Positions 8,676 to 19,374 of a stretch of 54,417 nucleotides of DNA are shown here, one piece after another. The DNA lies in contig CAYRAY010000001.1 of assembly GCA_964422405.1 (NCBI GenBank), positions 1 through 54,417 of the forward strand, in the 5' to 3' direction. The notes under the pieces were generated by a model that did no database searches, was not told where the DNA came from, and saw only the letters and a program-made list of their open reading frames with translations. Numbering within the stretch: position 1 is the stretch's first letter; each line of letters starts with the position of its first letter. Origin of the DNA: an uncultured Clostridia bacterium. Lineage in GTDB: Bacteria > Bacillota > Clostridia > Christensenellales > Borkfalkiaceae. A program made the position numbers and the translations under genes.

Positions 8676-10049
8676 TTACACGGAAATCACGTCCTCGCCC
8701 TTCTTTTTGCTCCGTCCGCGATAGCCGTACTTCTTGCCGTTCGCAAGCAAGAATGCCGCCGAAAGCACCGCCGCGGTAAATTCCGCCACAATCACCGATG
8801 CCCACACCCCGTCCAAATCGAAGATGAGCGGCAACAAGAACACCGCCCCCACTTGGAAGAGCAACGTTCGCAAAAAGGAAATGATTGCCGAAACCAACCC
8901 GTTGTTGAGCGCGGTAAAAAATCCCGACCCGAAAATCGAAAAACCGCAAAACAGGAATTGAAAGGAGAAAATGCGGAATCCATGCACCGTCATCTGCAAA
9001 ATATGCTCGTTTTTGCTAACAAAAATCATAGCAAGCGGCTTGGCAAACACCTCGCAAATTGCAAACATCGCCAAGGCAAAAATGGCGGTCAGCACCAAGC
9101 TCTTTTTATAAATGCTTTTCAGCTCGCGCTTGTTTTCCGCGCCGTAATGATACCCCACAATCGGTGCAGTACCCACGGAATAGCCGATGAATACGGCGTT
9201 GAAAATCCACGCCACATACATCATTACGCCGTATGCCGCCACACCGTCCTCCCCTGCGTACTCCATCAACTGCACGTTATACAAAAGCCCGACCAAGGAC
9301 ATCGCCACGTTACTCAACAGCTCGGACGAGCCGTTCGCGCATACTTTCAGCAAGGATTTTATGTCCGCTTTCGGCTTGCCGAGGACAAGCAAACTGCCGT
9401 TGTTCTTGCGCAAGAAATAGAAAATGGGCAACACGCCGCCGACAATTTGGCTTGCCGCCGTCGCCAACGCCGCACCTGCCAAACCCAAATCGAACCCGAT
9501 GATAAACATCGCATCCAACACCATGTTGGTGATGCCTGCCGCAATGGTGATGACCAACCCGACCTTCGGTTTTTCCGCCGTCACAAACAAGCTTTGGAAC
9601 TGTTGTTGCAACATAAACGCAGGCAATGCGGCAAGGATAATCCGCCCGTACAAACCGCAATCCGATTGCAACGCGCCCTCCGCACCCAACACGCCTGCCA
9701 ACGGTTCTACAACGAACACGCCCAACACACCCATGGCAATCCCTACCGCCGCCGAAACGATGGTCAACATCGAAAAGAGCTGTTTCGCTTTTTCGTGGTT
9801 TCCCTCGCCCAGCGTTTTAGAAATGAGCGCGCTACCGCCCGTACCGAACATAAACCCGAACGAACCGAGAATCATAATAAAGGGATAAATGAAATTGATG
9901 GCGGTAAAAGGCGTGTCGCCGACAAAGTTCGACACAAAAAAGCCGTCCACCACGCCGTAGATAGAGGTAAACACCATCATCGCAATGGAAGGCAGTACAA
10001 ACCGCAATAACTTTTTATAATGGAAATGATCGGATAATCGAATCGCCAT
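8676..10049 (-). CDS. MATE family efflux transporter
   Basis: About 12 TM segments, with the N-terminal YKKLLRFVLPSIAMMVFTSIYGVVDGFFVSNFVG typical of MATE/NorM-like pumps. The start MAIRLSD follows GGAG. Confidence 0.8.
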   Translation of the reverse strand: MAIRLSDHFHYKKLLRFVLPSIAMMVFTSIYGVVDGFFVSNFVGDTPFTAINFIYPFIMILGSFGFMFGTGGSALISKTLGEGNHEKAKQLFSMLTIVSAAVGIAMGVLGVFVVEPLAGVLGAEGALQSDCGLYGRIILAALPAFMLQQQFQSLFVTAEKPKVGLVITIAAGITNMVLDAMFIIGFDLGLAGAALATAASQIVGGVLPIFYFLRKNNGSLLVLGKPKADIKSLLKVCANGSSELLSNVAMSLVGLLYNVQLMEYAGEDGVAAYGVMMYVAWIFNAVFIGYSVGTAPIVGYHYGAENKRELKSIYKKSLVLTAIFALAMFAICEVFAKPLAMIFVSKNEHILQMTVHGFRIFSFQFLFCGFSIFGSGFFTALNNGLVSAIISFLRTLLFQVGAVFLLPLIFDLDGVWASVIVAEFTAAVLSAAFLLANGKKYGYRGRSKKKGEDVISV

Positions 10050-10209
10050 TTTCACAACTCCTGCAAAGCGCAACCGCGCCGTTTTTATCGTTAACAGAAC
10101 AGCTTTCCGCCAACGACACACTACTTTTTATCGTCAGCAAAACGGTTTGCCGCCGCCCACGCGCCGACAAACCGCTCCGTTATTTCGTTATACACATTTT
10201 CTCCCTGAT

Positions 10210-10228
10210 TTGTGGAAACTTTCCACAA
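10210..10228. promoter_or_regulatory. perfect 9-1-9 palindrome, operator-like
   Basis: TTGTGGAAA-C-TTTCCACAA, about 160 bp upstream of the MATE start. It overlaps the -35 position of a possible TATAAC promoter on the minus strand. Confidence 0.4.
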
Positions 10229-10297
10229 GTTTTCTATCCAAACGCAGCCTTATCCGCAATTTTTATCGCCAACAAAGCAGAAAACCACCCCACCCCC

Positions 10298-10344
10298 TGT
10301 CATACCGACCGAACCCCGTAGGGGTGAGCGGAGCGTATCTTACC
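10298..10344 (+). repeat. dispersed repeat family 1, copy C
   Basis: TGTCATACCGACCGAA-CCCC-gta-GGGG-TGAGCGGAGCGTATCTTACC. Confidence 0.75.
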
Positions 10345-10353
10345 CTAAAACCA

Positions 10354-10415
10354 TTGTCATTTTTTAAGATATACTCCACTCACTCTCGCTCGGTCGATAT
10401 AACAAAAAATGACAA
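10354..10415 (-). repeat. dispersed repeat family 1, degenerate inverted copy C-prime, flanked by a 12-bp inverted repeat
   Basis: The reverse complement reads TGTTATATCGACCGA-gcgagag-TGAGTGGAGTATATCTTA, bracketed by TTGTCATTTTTT and AAAAAATGACAA. Confidence 0.6.
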
Positions 10416-10485
10416 ACCAGACAAATCCGCATGCCCAAACAATCGTTGTCCGCTAAAAGAATGTCGCTAACACGCTAAAACTACG

Positions 10486-11771
<1,286 letters not shown>

Positions 11772-11867
11772 CTACTCCTTCCGCCGCCCCCAAAAGCGCG
11801 GCTCTATTCTGTCACGGATTTCCCGCAACCATACATACTTTTTCTTGTTTCCGCCCATACTCTCGGC

Positions 11868-12026
11868 ATGAAACGAAACGTCCTCGCGCTTGTCGCCCTG
11901 CTTTTTCTCTCCGCCGTCGCCCTTACCGTATTCGGAATCCATAACGCGGAAAAACGAGAGTCCGCTCCCGTCTTTCAAACCAATCATGCACGGATTTTCC
12001 ACCGAAAACCGTCCTTTTTCCGCTAA
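11868..12026 (+). CDS. possible 52-aa signal-peptide/TM micro-protein (weak)
   Basis: MKRNVLALVALLFLSAVALTVFG... is followed by a plus-strand terminator, but no Shine-Dalgarno sequence is visible. Confidence 0.2.
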   Translation: MKRNVLALVALLFLSAVALTVFGIHNAEKRESAPVFQTNHARIFHRKPSFFR

Positions 12027-12049
12027 GTAATAACGACAGTACTCCCTTT

Positions 12050-12076
12050 GCCTTGCCACTTTCGGCAAGGCTTTTT
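12050..12076 (+). terminator. plus-strand intrinsic terminator with no annotated plus-strand gene
   Basis: GCCTTGCC-actttc-GGCAAGGC followed by TTTTT. Confidence 0.55.
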
Positions 12077-12135
12077 CCGGAAAAATTTGCCGTAAAATTC
12101 ACCGTAAAAAACAGAACGCACGCCTTAAAAACCGC

Positions 12136-12798
12136 TTACTTCGCGCCGTACGTTTCGCGATAAGCGTACATAGCAGGCAAATGCTCCTTGCCGTCGATGA
12201 CGCCGTTTTCAATGGCAGAAATAATGTCGTCCATCGTCACCACCGAATACACGTCAATGCCAAATTCGCGCTTGGCTTCCGCCACGGCGGACAAATCGCT
12301 CGTCAAACCCTTTTCCTTGCGGTCCACGGAAATGACCATGCCCACCACCTGCACCTTTGCCGCCGCTTCCAGCTTGGGCAAAATTTCGCGCAGGGCTTTG
12401 CCCGACGTCATAACGTCCTCGATAATGATGACCTTTTCGCCGTCGGCAAGCTGTTTCCCTACGAACAGACCGCCTTCGCCGTGGTCCTTCACTTCCTTTC
12501 TGTCGAAGCAATAGCTGATGTCCCTGTCATACTCCTTGGCAAGCGCAATCGCCGTCGCCACCGAAAGGGGAATCCCCTTGTACGCAGGACCGACCAGCGT
12601 TTCCGCATGCAGACCGTTTTCGTGAATGCACGCCGCGTAATATTCGCCGAGTTTTGCAAGCTGCTTGCCCGTTTTATAGTTGCCCGTATTGATAAAATAG
12701 GGGGCAAGTCTGCCGCTCTTCAACGTAAACTCGCCAAAGCGCAAAACGCCGTTCTGCACCATAAACCGAATAAATTCTTCCTTGTAAGTGTAAGCCAT
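12136..12798 (-). CDS. pyrE: orotate phosphoribosyltransferase
   Basis: 220 aa with the PRPP-binding motif VIIIEDVMTSGKA and pyr operon context. Confidence 0.9.
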   Translation of the reverse strand: MAYTYKEEFIRFMVQNGVLRFGEFTLKSGRLAPYFINTGNYKTGKQLAKLGEYYAACIHENGLHAETLVGPAYKGIPLSVATAIALAKEYDRDISYCFDRKEVKDHGEGGLFVGKQLADGEKVIIIEDVMTSGKALREILPKLEAAAKVQVVGMVISVDRKEKGLTSDLSAVAEAKREFGIDVYSVVTMDDIISAIENGVIDGKEHLPAMYAYRETYGAK

Positions 12799-12869
12799 AT
12801 TTTCTCCTTCTTCCGCTCCCTTTTTTATCGGAAACGGAACGTCATTTTTTCGCTATATTCTTCCCACCG

Positions 12870-13787
12870 TCAACGCTGATGCACTTGCAACGTGCCCGTC
12901 AGCTCGGCAATGTTTTTCACACCGTGCCCGTCGCACCAAGCGTTCAAATCGGCAATGATTTTAGGCATTGCGTACGGATCGGTAAAATTCGCCGTACCCA
13001 CTTGCACCGCCGTCGCGCCCGCCATCAAAAACTCAATGGCGTCCGCCGCGCAAGTAATGCCGCCCATACCCACCACGGGGATTTTGACCGCTTGCGCCGC
13101 CTCGTATACCATACGCACCGCAATCGGCTTTACGCCAGCGCCCGAAACGCCGCCCGTGTTGTTGGCGATAATGGGTTTTCTGCGCTCGATATCGATTGCC
13201 ATGCCCGTCAGGGTGTTAATTAACGATACGCAATCCGCGCCGCCCTTTTCCGCCGCCATCGCGTTGACGGCTATGCTTTCCACGTTGGGGGAAAGTTTTA
13301 CCATCAAAGGCGTATTCTTCAACGCACCCTTTGCCGCCGCCGTCACCTCTTGTACCGACTGCGGTTTAATGCCGAACGCCATACCGCCGCTTTTCACGTT
13401 TGGGCAGGAAATGTTGAGTTCCACCATATCCACAAGCCCGTCCAACCGTGCGCAAATTTGTGCGTATTCGTCCAAGGTCTTGCCTGCCACGTTGGCAATC
13501 ACGCAAACATCCCTTTCTTTCAGCCATTCCAAATCCTCGCGGATAAAATGCTCCACACCGGGGTTTTGCAACCCGACGGCATTCAAAATCACTCCGCGCG
13601 ATTCCGCAATACGCGGTGTAGGATTCCCCAACCGCGCCTCCAACGTCATGCCCTTGGTCGAAATGCCGCCCAACACGCCGATGTCGTACAACTCGTTAAA
13701 TTCCCGTCCGAAACCGAACGTTCCCGATGCCGCAATTACGGGATTTTTCAACTGCACGCCGCAAAGCTCTACCGATAAATTCGCCAT
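12870..13787 (-). CDS. pyrD: dihydroorotate dehydrogenase B, catalytic subunit
   Basis: MANLSVELCGVQLKNPVIAASGTFGFG...NISCPNVK. Start chosen at 13787. Confidence 0.9.
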   Translation of the reverse strand: MANLSVELCGVQLKNPVIAASGTFGFGREFNELYDIGVLGGISTKGMTLEARLGNPTPRIAESRGVILNAVGLQNPGVEHFIREDLEWLKERDVCVIANVAGKTLDEYAQICARLDGLVDMVELNISCPNVKSGGMAFGIKPQSVQEVTAAAKGALKNTPLMVKLSPNVESIAVNAMAAEKGGADCVSLINTLTGMAIDIERRKPIIANNTGGVSGAGVKPIAVRMVYEAAQAVKIPVVGMGGITCAADAIEFLMAGATAVQVGTANFTDPYAMPKIIADLNAWCDGHGVKNIAELTGTLQVHQR

Positions 13788-13929
13788 ACTCCGTCCTTTC
13801 CGCGTCCTGCCGCGGTCCTTCTCCGTCGTTCCTTCTAAAAACGAGTCATCTTCGCGCATTCTTTTGCGCTCTCTATCACTATCCTAACCAAGCAAACACT
13901 GCCGCCTGCCCTTCCGCCGCCCACCGATT

Positions 13930-14376
13930 TTATCGGTCTATCGGCGCGTTGCAACCGCTCAAACGGCGGCTCAACAATCGCTGTTGCGTTTCCGCCACGT
14001 CCGCCACAAACGGATAGACGAACGTCTTGCCGTCCAACTCGATGACGAGGCTTCCCCAACGCACGCCGATAATGGAATAATACAGCCGATACGAAACGTC
14101 CAAGACCTCTTTCATCGCATACCTGCCCTCGGGTAATTGCATTTCCGTGTCCGAAACGGAAACAATTTCATCAGGCAATTTTTTCCAACAAACGCACCTC
14201 CAAATACCCAAACCGCCTATGGCGACGCCGATGAGGATACTCACCACACCGGGCAAAAGGGTATACAGCCCCAGTGCGCACAAAACCACGCCGAAGCCCG
14301 TAAACAGCACACCGAGCGTAATCACCGCAATAAAATACGGCAACAGCCTCTGTTTTTTTCTTGCTATACATTCCAT
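13930..14376 (-). CDS. small membrane protein inserted between pyrK and pyrD
   Basis: 148 aa with two N-terminal TM helices and a soluble C-terminal domain. The start lies 2 nt after the pyrK stop. Confidence 0.55.
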   Translation of the reverse strand: MECIARKKQRLLPYFIAVITLGVLFTGFGVVLCALGLYTLLPGVVSILIGVAIGGLGIWRCVCWKKLPDEIVSVSDTEMQLPEGRYAMKEVLDVSYRLYYSIIGVRWGSLVIELDGKTFVYPFVADVAETQQRLLSRRLSGCNAPIDR

Positions 14377-14378
14377 GC

Positions 14379-15134
14379 CTATAAAACGACCTCCTTGGCG
14401 TTGAACACGGGTCCGTCCTTACAAACGCGGGCATTTTTACCGTTCGTCTGCTGACAAACGCACACCAAGCACGCGCCGATGCCGCAACCCATGCGTTCTT
14501 CTAAGGATACGTAGCAGAGCAAACCCTCCCGTTCCGTCACCTGCTTTAAGGCACGGAGCATCGGGGTCGGGCCGCACGCAAACACTACGTCGGGGCGGTT
14601 GCCTTTTTTCAAATCCGCCTCAAAGGCTTGCACGGCGTTCATCTGCGCGCCGTAACTGCCGTCGTCGGTCACCGCAATAAATTTTTGCGCTTTTACAAAT
14701 TCTTCCACGCCGCAAACCGCCGCGCGGTTTCTGTAACCGATATATGCCGCAATCTCTTTTTTATCGCCGTATTGCCGCAATACCGAAATCAGGGGAAACG
14801 TCCCCACGCCGCCGCCGACCAAGGCGATTTTCTTTTCGTTTTCTTCGGCAAAGAACCCGTTGCCCAGCGGCATCAGCACGCTTAAACGCGTACCTGCCCC
14901 CATGCTTTTCAAAATTTGCGTGCCTTCGCCTTTGATTTGGTAACAGAACGTCGCCGTGCTGCCCTCCGTTTTGCAAATGGCAATGGGACGGCGCAAAAGG
15001 TGTGTGCCGCCTACGGAAAGATCGGCAAACTGCCCTGCGCGGACGTCGACGACCTCGCCCAAATCCACCGTCAGCTCGTAAATGTTTTCCGCAATGTTTC
15101 TGTTGCTCAATACGGTTGCGTTAAAGTCTTTCAT
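14379..15134 (-). CDS. pyrK: dihydroorotate dehydrogenase electron-transfer subunit
   Basis: FAD/NAD-binding fold with a C-terminal Cys cluster CGIGACLVCVC for a 2Fe-2S centre. Confidence 0.9.
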   Translation of the reverse strand: MKDFNATVLSNRNIAENIYELTVDLGEVVDVRAGQFADLSVGGTHLLRRPIAICKTEGSTATFCYQIKGEGTQILKSMGAGTRLSVLMPLGNGFFAEENEKKIALVGGGVGTFPLISVLRQYGDKKEIAAYIGYRNRAAVCGVEEFVKAQKFIAVTDDGSYGAQMNAVQAFEADLKKGNRPDVVFACGPTPMLRALKQVTEREGLLCYVSLEERMGCGIGACLVCVCQQTNGKNARVCKDGPVFNAKEVVL

Positions 15135-15203
15135 GCTCTCTTTCCTTTGCCCTTGGCACTCTCGGCAACGTTGCCGCGTGGACGCATTTTTTGTCCGTGT
15201 TCC

Positions 15204-16115
15204 TTAGTCTGCACGCATTTCGCCGATGACGGAAGACAAGTCCTTTTGCATATCGATACAAGCCTGTCTTGCCGCCTCGTAATAGCTGCCGCCGTTCTTT
15301 TTATACGCACACAAAATCCCGCGCGAATTGTTGACGACGCCGCCCAAACCGTTTTGCTTAAAGCAGCTTTTCAGCATTTCCGCCTTGCCGCCTTGCGCGC
15401 CGTAACCGGGGATTAAGAAGAAGGTGTGGGGCAGAATACTGCGCAAGCGCGCCGCCTCTTCGGGGTGGGTTGCGCCGACCACCGCACCGACAGCGGAATA
15501 GCCGTATCTACCGACCGTGCTCTCCCCCCATTTTTCCACCAAACCGCCCATATACTCGTACATGGGTACGCCGTTTTGCAAAACGACGTTTTGAATTTCC
15601 GCGCCCGACGGGTTAGACGTCTTGACCAAAACAAAGATGCCTTTGTCATGTTTTTCACATTCTTCCACAAAGGGCAAAATGCCGTCCGAACCCAAATACC
15701 CGTTTACGGTGACGTAATCGGAAGGGAATGCGGAAAGGGTGTTCTCATTGACCTGCGAACAGCCCAAAAACGCCTTGGCATAGCAAGCTGCGGTAGAACC
15801 GATGTCGTTGCGCTTGGCGTCTGCAATCACGTACAAACCCTTGCTTTTTGCATATTGCAGGGTTTGGTAATAGGTCTGCATACCTGCCGCACCATACATT
15901 TCGTAATATGCAATTTGCACCTTGACGGAAGGCACGATGTCCGCAATGGAATCGATAATTTTTTTGTTGAACGCCAACACGCGTTCCGCCACGTCCTCAA
16001 AGTTCGTCGCCCCTTGACGCATATCGTCGGGAAGGTAGTCGAACAAAGTATCTAACCCCACGCAGGTCGGGTTTTGGGTTGCTATAATGCCGTCAATCAG
16101 CTTATCCGTAATCAT
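15204..16115 (-). CDS. pyrF: orotidine-5-phosphate decarboxylase (long type 2)
   Basis: 303 aa with operon context and the motif DAKRNDIGSTA. Confidence 0.85.
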   Translation of the reverse strand: MITDKLIDGIIATQNPTCVGLDTLFDYLPDDMRQGATNFEDVAERVLAFNKKIIDSIADIVPSVKVQIAYYEMYGAAGMQTYYQTLQYAKSKGLYVIADAKRNDIGSTAACYAKAFLGCSQVNENTLSAFPSDYVTVNGYLGSDGILPFVEECEKHDKGIFVLVKTSNPSGAEIQNVVLQNGVPMYEYMGGLVEKWGESTVGRYGYSAVGAVVGATHPEEAARLRSILPHTFFLIPGYGAQGGKAEMLKSCFKQNGLGGVVNNSRGILCAYKKNGGSYYEAARQACIDMQKDLSSVIGEMRAD

Positions 16116-16147
16116 GCTTTTTTCACTCCTAAAATGTTCTGTTGCGT

Positions 16148-17410
16148 TTACGCTTGATACTTCACTTCGCCGTCCACCACGGTATACTTCACCGCGCCGA
16201 ACAGTTTTTCACCGCCGAAGGGGCTGTTTTTGCCTTTGCTTACAAACGCTTGCGGATCGACCACCCAGCTTTCGTCCAAGTCCGCTATGGTGAAATCCGC
16301 CGCCTTGCCCTCTGCAATTTCGCCGCCGTCCAAACCCAAAATTCGGGCAGGAGCGTAAGACATTCTTTCCGCAATCTGCGGCAGAGTCAAAATCCCCGTC
16401 TTGTACAGCTTGGTCACGGCAAACCCGAACGAGGTTTCTATGCCGCTGATCCCGAACGCCGCCTGTTCGTATTCCACATTTTTATCGTCGAAGTGGTGAG
16501 GCGCGTGGTCAGTGACGATACAATCGATGGTGCCGTCTTGCAAGCCTTCCAAAATGGCTTGCTTGTCCCTTTCTTCACGAATGGGCGGATTCACTTTGGT
16601 GTTGGGGTCGTAGCCCTTGATAATCTCGTCCGTGAACGCATAGTAATGGGGGCAGGTTTCTGCCGTCACTTGCACGCCTGCCGCCTTTGCGTTGCGGATC
16701 ATTCTCACGCCGCTGTACGTCGAAACGTGGCAGATATGCACGGGGCAATCCAGCTCCTCCGCCAACGAAATTTCTCTGGCGATAATCACGTCCTCTGCGC
16801 TACGGGGAATACCGCGGAGTCCTGCAATGGTCGCGCTCAACCCTTCGTGTACGCAACCGCCGTCTACCAGGTCCTTATCCTCGCAATGGCAAAGGCAACG
16901 CACGTTAAAGCCCTTGGCGTATTCCATGGCAAGCCGCATCAATCTTGCGTTTTTCACAGTGACGCCGTCATCGGAAATCGCCACCGCACCCGCCTTTTTC
17001 ATGCCGCCGATTGCCGCCATTTCCTCCCCTTTCAAACCCTTGGTGATAGCGCCGATGGGGTGGATTTTGCAAAGACCCACTTCCTTGGCACGAGCTTTGA
17101 TGTAGGTCACCACCACTTTATTATCGACGACGGGGTTGGTGTTGGGCATACAGCAGATTTGCGTAAATCCGCCCTTGACCGCCGCCTTTGCACCGCTTTC
17201 TATGTCCTCTTTCTTTTCAAATCCCGGTTCGCGAAGATGTACGTGCATATCGATAAGTCCGGGGAACACGTGCAATCCGTCCGCACGGATTTCCTTGCCG
17301 CCGTCGGCAGGGATACAATCGGCAATCTTGACGATTTTGCCGTTCTCCACCAAAATGTCCTTCTTTGCTACGCCGTCCTTAAAAACAACTTGTCCGCCGC
17401 GAATAATCAT
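16148..17410 (-). CDS. pyrC: dihydroorotase
   Basis: 420 aa with the amidohydrolase motifs DMHVHLREPG and DHAPH. Confidence 0.9.
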   Translation of the reverse strand: MIIRGGQVVFKDGVAKKDILVENGKIVKIADCIPADGGKEIRADGLHVFPGLIDMHVHLREPGFEKKEDIESGAKAAVKGGFTQICCMPNTNPVVDNKVVVTYIKARAKEVGLCKIHPIGAITKGLKGEEMAAIGGMKKAGAVAISDDGVTVKNARLMRLAMEYAKGFNVRCLCHCEDKDLVDGGCVHEGLSATIAGLRGIPRSAEDVIIAREISLAEELDCPVHICHVSTYSGVRMIRNAKAAGVQVTAETCPHYYAFTDEIIKGYDPNTKVNPPIREERDKQAILEGLQDGTIDCIVTDHAPHHFDDKNVEYEQAAFGISGIETSFGFAVTKLYKTGILTLPQIAERMSYAPARILGLDGGEIAEGKAADFTIADLDESWVVDPQAFVSKGKNSPFGGEKLFGAVKYTVVDGEVKYQA

Positions 17411-18339
17411 ACCCCTCTCTCCTTTCTGTATTCGTTCAACAGCGTCAACGCCGACATACGTACGGCAACGCCCGAAAGCACTTGATCCTCGATACGGCTG
17501 CGCTCGTGGTCGATGACGCCGCTGGTCAGTTCTACGCCGCGGTTAACGGGACCGGGGTGCAACACAATGGCGTGCGGTTTGGCAAGCGAAAGCAATTCTT
17601 CATTGACGCCGAAGTTCGCCGCGTATTCGCCGAGCGAAGGGAAGTTGCCTGCCTTTTGGCGTTCCAACTGAATACGCAAACCCATAACGGCATCTGCTCC
17701 GTCTAACGCTTCTTCACGGGAGCGGCACACCTTTGCACCCAACTCCTCGATCCCTTTCGGCAACAGGGTGTTGGGGGCATACATCGCCACTTCCGCGCCC
17801 ATGGTCTTTAAGCCGAATAGATTGGATTTTGCCACACGGGAGTGTTTGATATCCCCCAAAATTGCCACCTTTAAGCCTTTCAGCGTGCCAAAGGTCTGGC
17901 GCAGAGTCAGCATATCCAACAAAGCTTGCGTGGGGTGTTCGTTAATGCCGTCGCCTGCGTTGAGGACGCTCGCCTTTACCGTTCTTGCCAAAAGGTAGGG
18001 CGCGCCGCCCATGGGATGACGCATCACCAAAAAATCGTTCTTTTGTGCATCCAATGTTTTGCCCGTATCCACAAGCGTTTCCCCTTTCGCCACCGACGAA
18101 GTGGAAGCCGCGATGTTGACAGTGGTCGCGCCGAGGTATTTTGCCGCTTGCTCAAAGCTGGTTCTCGTTCGGGTGCTGTTCTCGTAAAAGAGAATGGTCA
18201 CCGTTTTCCCGTCTAAAACGCTCGTCTTTTTTTCGCCGCGCTGAATACGGGTTTTGTATTCGTGCGCCAGATCGAGGAGTTCGGTAATCTCCCCTTCGGA
18301 CGCGTCGATAAGTCCCAACAGATCCTTTCCTTTCAGCAT
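17407..18339 (-). CDS. pyrB: aspartate carbamoyltransferase catalytic subunit
   Basis: Motifs STRTR and HPTQ are present. 4-bp overlap with pyrC. Confidence 0.9.
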   Translation of the reverse strand: MLKGKDLLGLIDASEGEITELLDLAHEYKTRIQRGEKKTSVLDGKTVTILFYENSTRTRTSFEQAAKYLGATTVNIAASTSSVAKGETLVDTGKTLDAQKNDFLVMRHPMGGAPYLLARTVKASVLNAGDGINEHPTQALLDMLTLRQTFGTLKGLKVAILGDIKHSRVAKSNLFGLKTMGAEVAMYAPNTLLPKGIEELGAKVCRSREEALDGADAVMGLRIQLERQKAGNFPSLGEYAANFGVNEELLSLAKPHAIVLHPGPVNRGVELTSGVIDHERSRIEDQVLSGVAVRMSALTLLNEYRKERGV

Positions 18340-18375
18340 ACTCTGCTCCTTTGTATTTTCGTGTTCGGGGTATCA

Positions 18376-18421
18376 AATAAACGGGGGAATTATACATACC
18401 CGTTTAAACGATAGTTTAAAC
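18376..18421 (-). promoter_or_regulatory. candidate transcription attenuator in the pyrB leader
   Basis: On the minus strand, GTTTAAAC-tatc-GTTTAAAC can pair with itself. It overlaps the 5-prime arm of AAACGGG-(12 nt)-CCCGTTT followed by ATTTGAT. No PyrR-box-like sequence was seen. Confidence 0.35.
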
Positions 18422-18440
18422 ACATTTTTTCTCATTTTTT

Positions 18441-18469
18441 ATTATAACACTTTTTTTTATAAAAGTAAA
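18441..18469 (-). promoter_or_regulatory. pyr operon promoter
   Basis: Minus strand reads TTTACT, 17 nt, TATAAT. Confidence 0.6.
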
Positions 18470-18524
18470 GAGTTCGACAGCCGTTTTTAGCGACCTTTCA
18501 AACTCTTTTTCCGTGATTTTTCCG

Positions 18525-19220
18525 TTAATAAATTTGGACGAGCTTAAACCCCGTCTTATCGCACGAGGTCAAAAGGTATTCCGTCTTCCCCCGCCACGTC
18601 TTTAAGGGGAAATAGGTATTGCCGTGGATATGCCCAAACACAACCTTGTCCACACCGTAATTTTGGAACAAATCGGTGAACAGCGTATCGGGGTTTTTGG
18701 GGCTGAACGGCGGATAGTGAATCATCGCCACCATTCTATCCCCCTCCTCGCGCAGTTTTTCCGCCGAGTGAAAGGCAAGGCGGAAACGCTCCGCTTCCCG
18801 TAAGTACAGCTTTTGGTCCTGCTCGGTATAGTCCGCGCTGCCGGGGCAAGTCCACCCGCGGGAGCCGACGAACACCACGTCGCCGATTTTGGCGGCGTCC
18901 GTCTGCAAGAACACGAAATTCTCGTCGGGGGCGTTATCGCGGAGCTTAGTGATGCCGTTCCACCAAAAATCGTGGTTGCCGCGGATAAACACCTTTTTGC
19001 CGGGCAGATCGGCAAGGGCGCGCAAGTCCGTCAACGCATCGTCCAGCTTCATCGCCCAACTGATGTCCCCTGCAATCAGCACCACGTCGTCGGGTTGCAC
19101 CACGGCGCGCCAATCGGATTTTATTTTTTCAAAATGCCCTGTCCAATTTTCCCCGAACACGTCCATGGGCTTGTCCGAAGAAAGGGAAAGGTGCAAATCG
19201 CTAATCGCATATATCTTCAT
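18525..19220 (-). CDS. metallophosphoesterase family protein
   Basis: Calcineurin-like phosphoesterase motifs ISDLHL, GDISW and GNHDFWW. Confidence 0.8.
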   Translation of the reverse strand: MKIYAISDLHLSLSSDKPMDVFGENWTGHFEKIKSDWRAVVQPDDVVLIAGDISWAMKLDDALTDLRALADLPGKKVFIRGNHDFWWNGITKLRDNAPDENFVFLQTDAAKIGDVVFVGSRGWTCPGSADYTEQDQKLYLREAERFRLAFHSAEKLREEGDRMVAMIHYPPFSPKNPDTLFTDLFQNYGVDKVVFGHIHGNTYFPLKTWRGKTEYLLTSCDKTGFKLVQIY

Positions 19221-19226
19221 GCTTAC

Positions 19227-19255
19227 AGTATAGCCGATAATTTTGTTTTTGTCAA
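19227..19255 (-). promoter_or_regulatory. promoter giving an apparently leaderless mRNA
   Basis: Minus strand reads TTGACA, 17 nt, TATACT, then only GTAAGC before the ATG at 19220. Confidence 0.5.
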
Positions 19256-19374
19256 GTTTTGCAAGGGCAAAAGCGGACGATCTCCCCTTGAAAAATAAGA
19301 AGATCGCCCTGTTTTTTATCCGCCTTGCTATTTTATCCGCCGCCGTGGCGGTTCCGCAAAAAATTTATCGGCAA

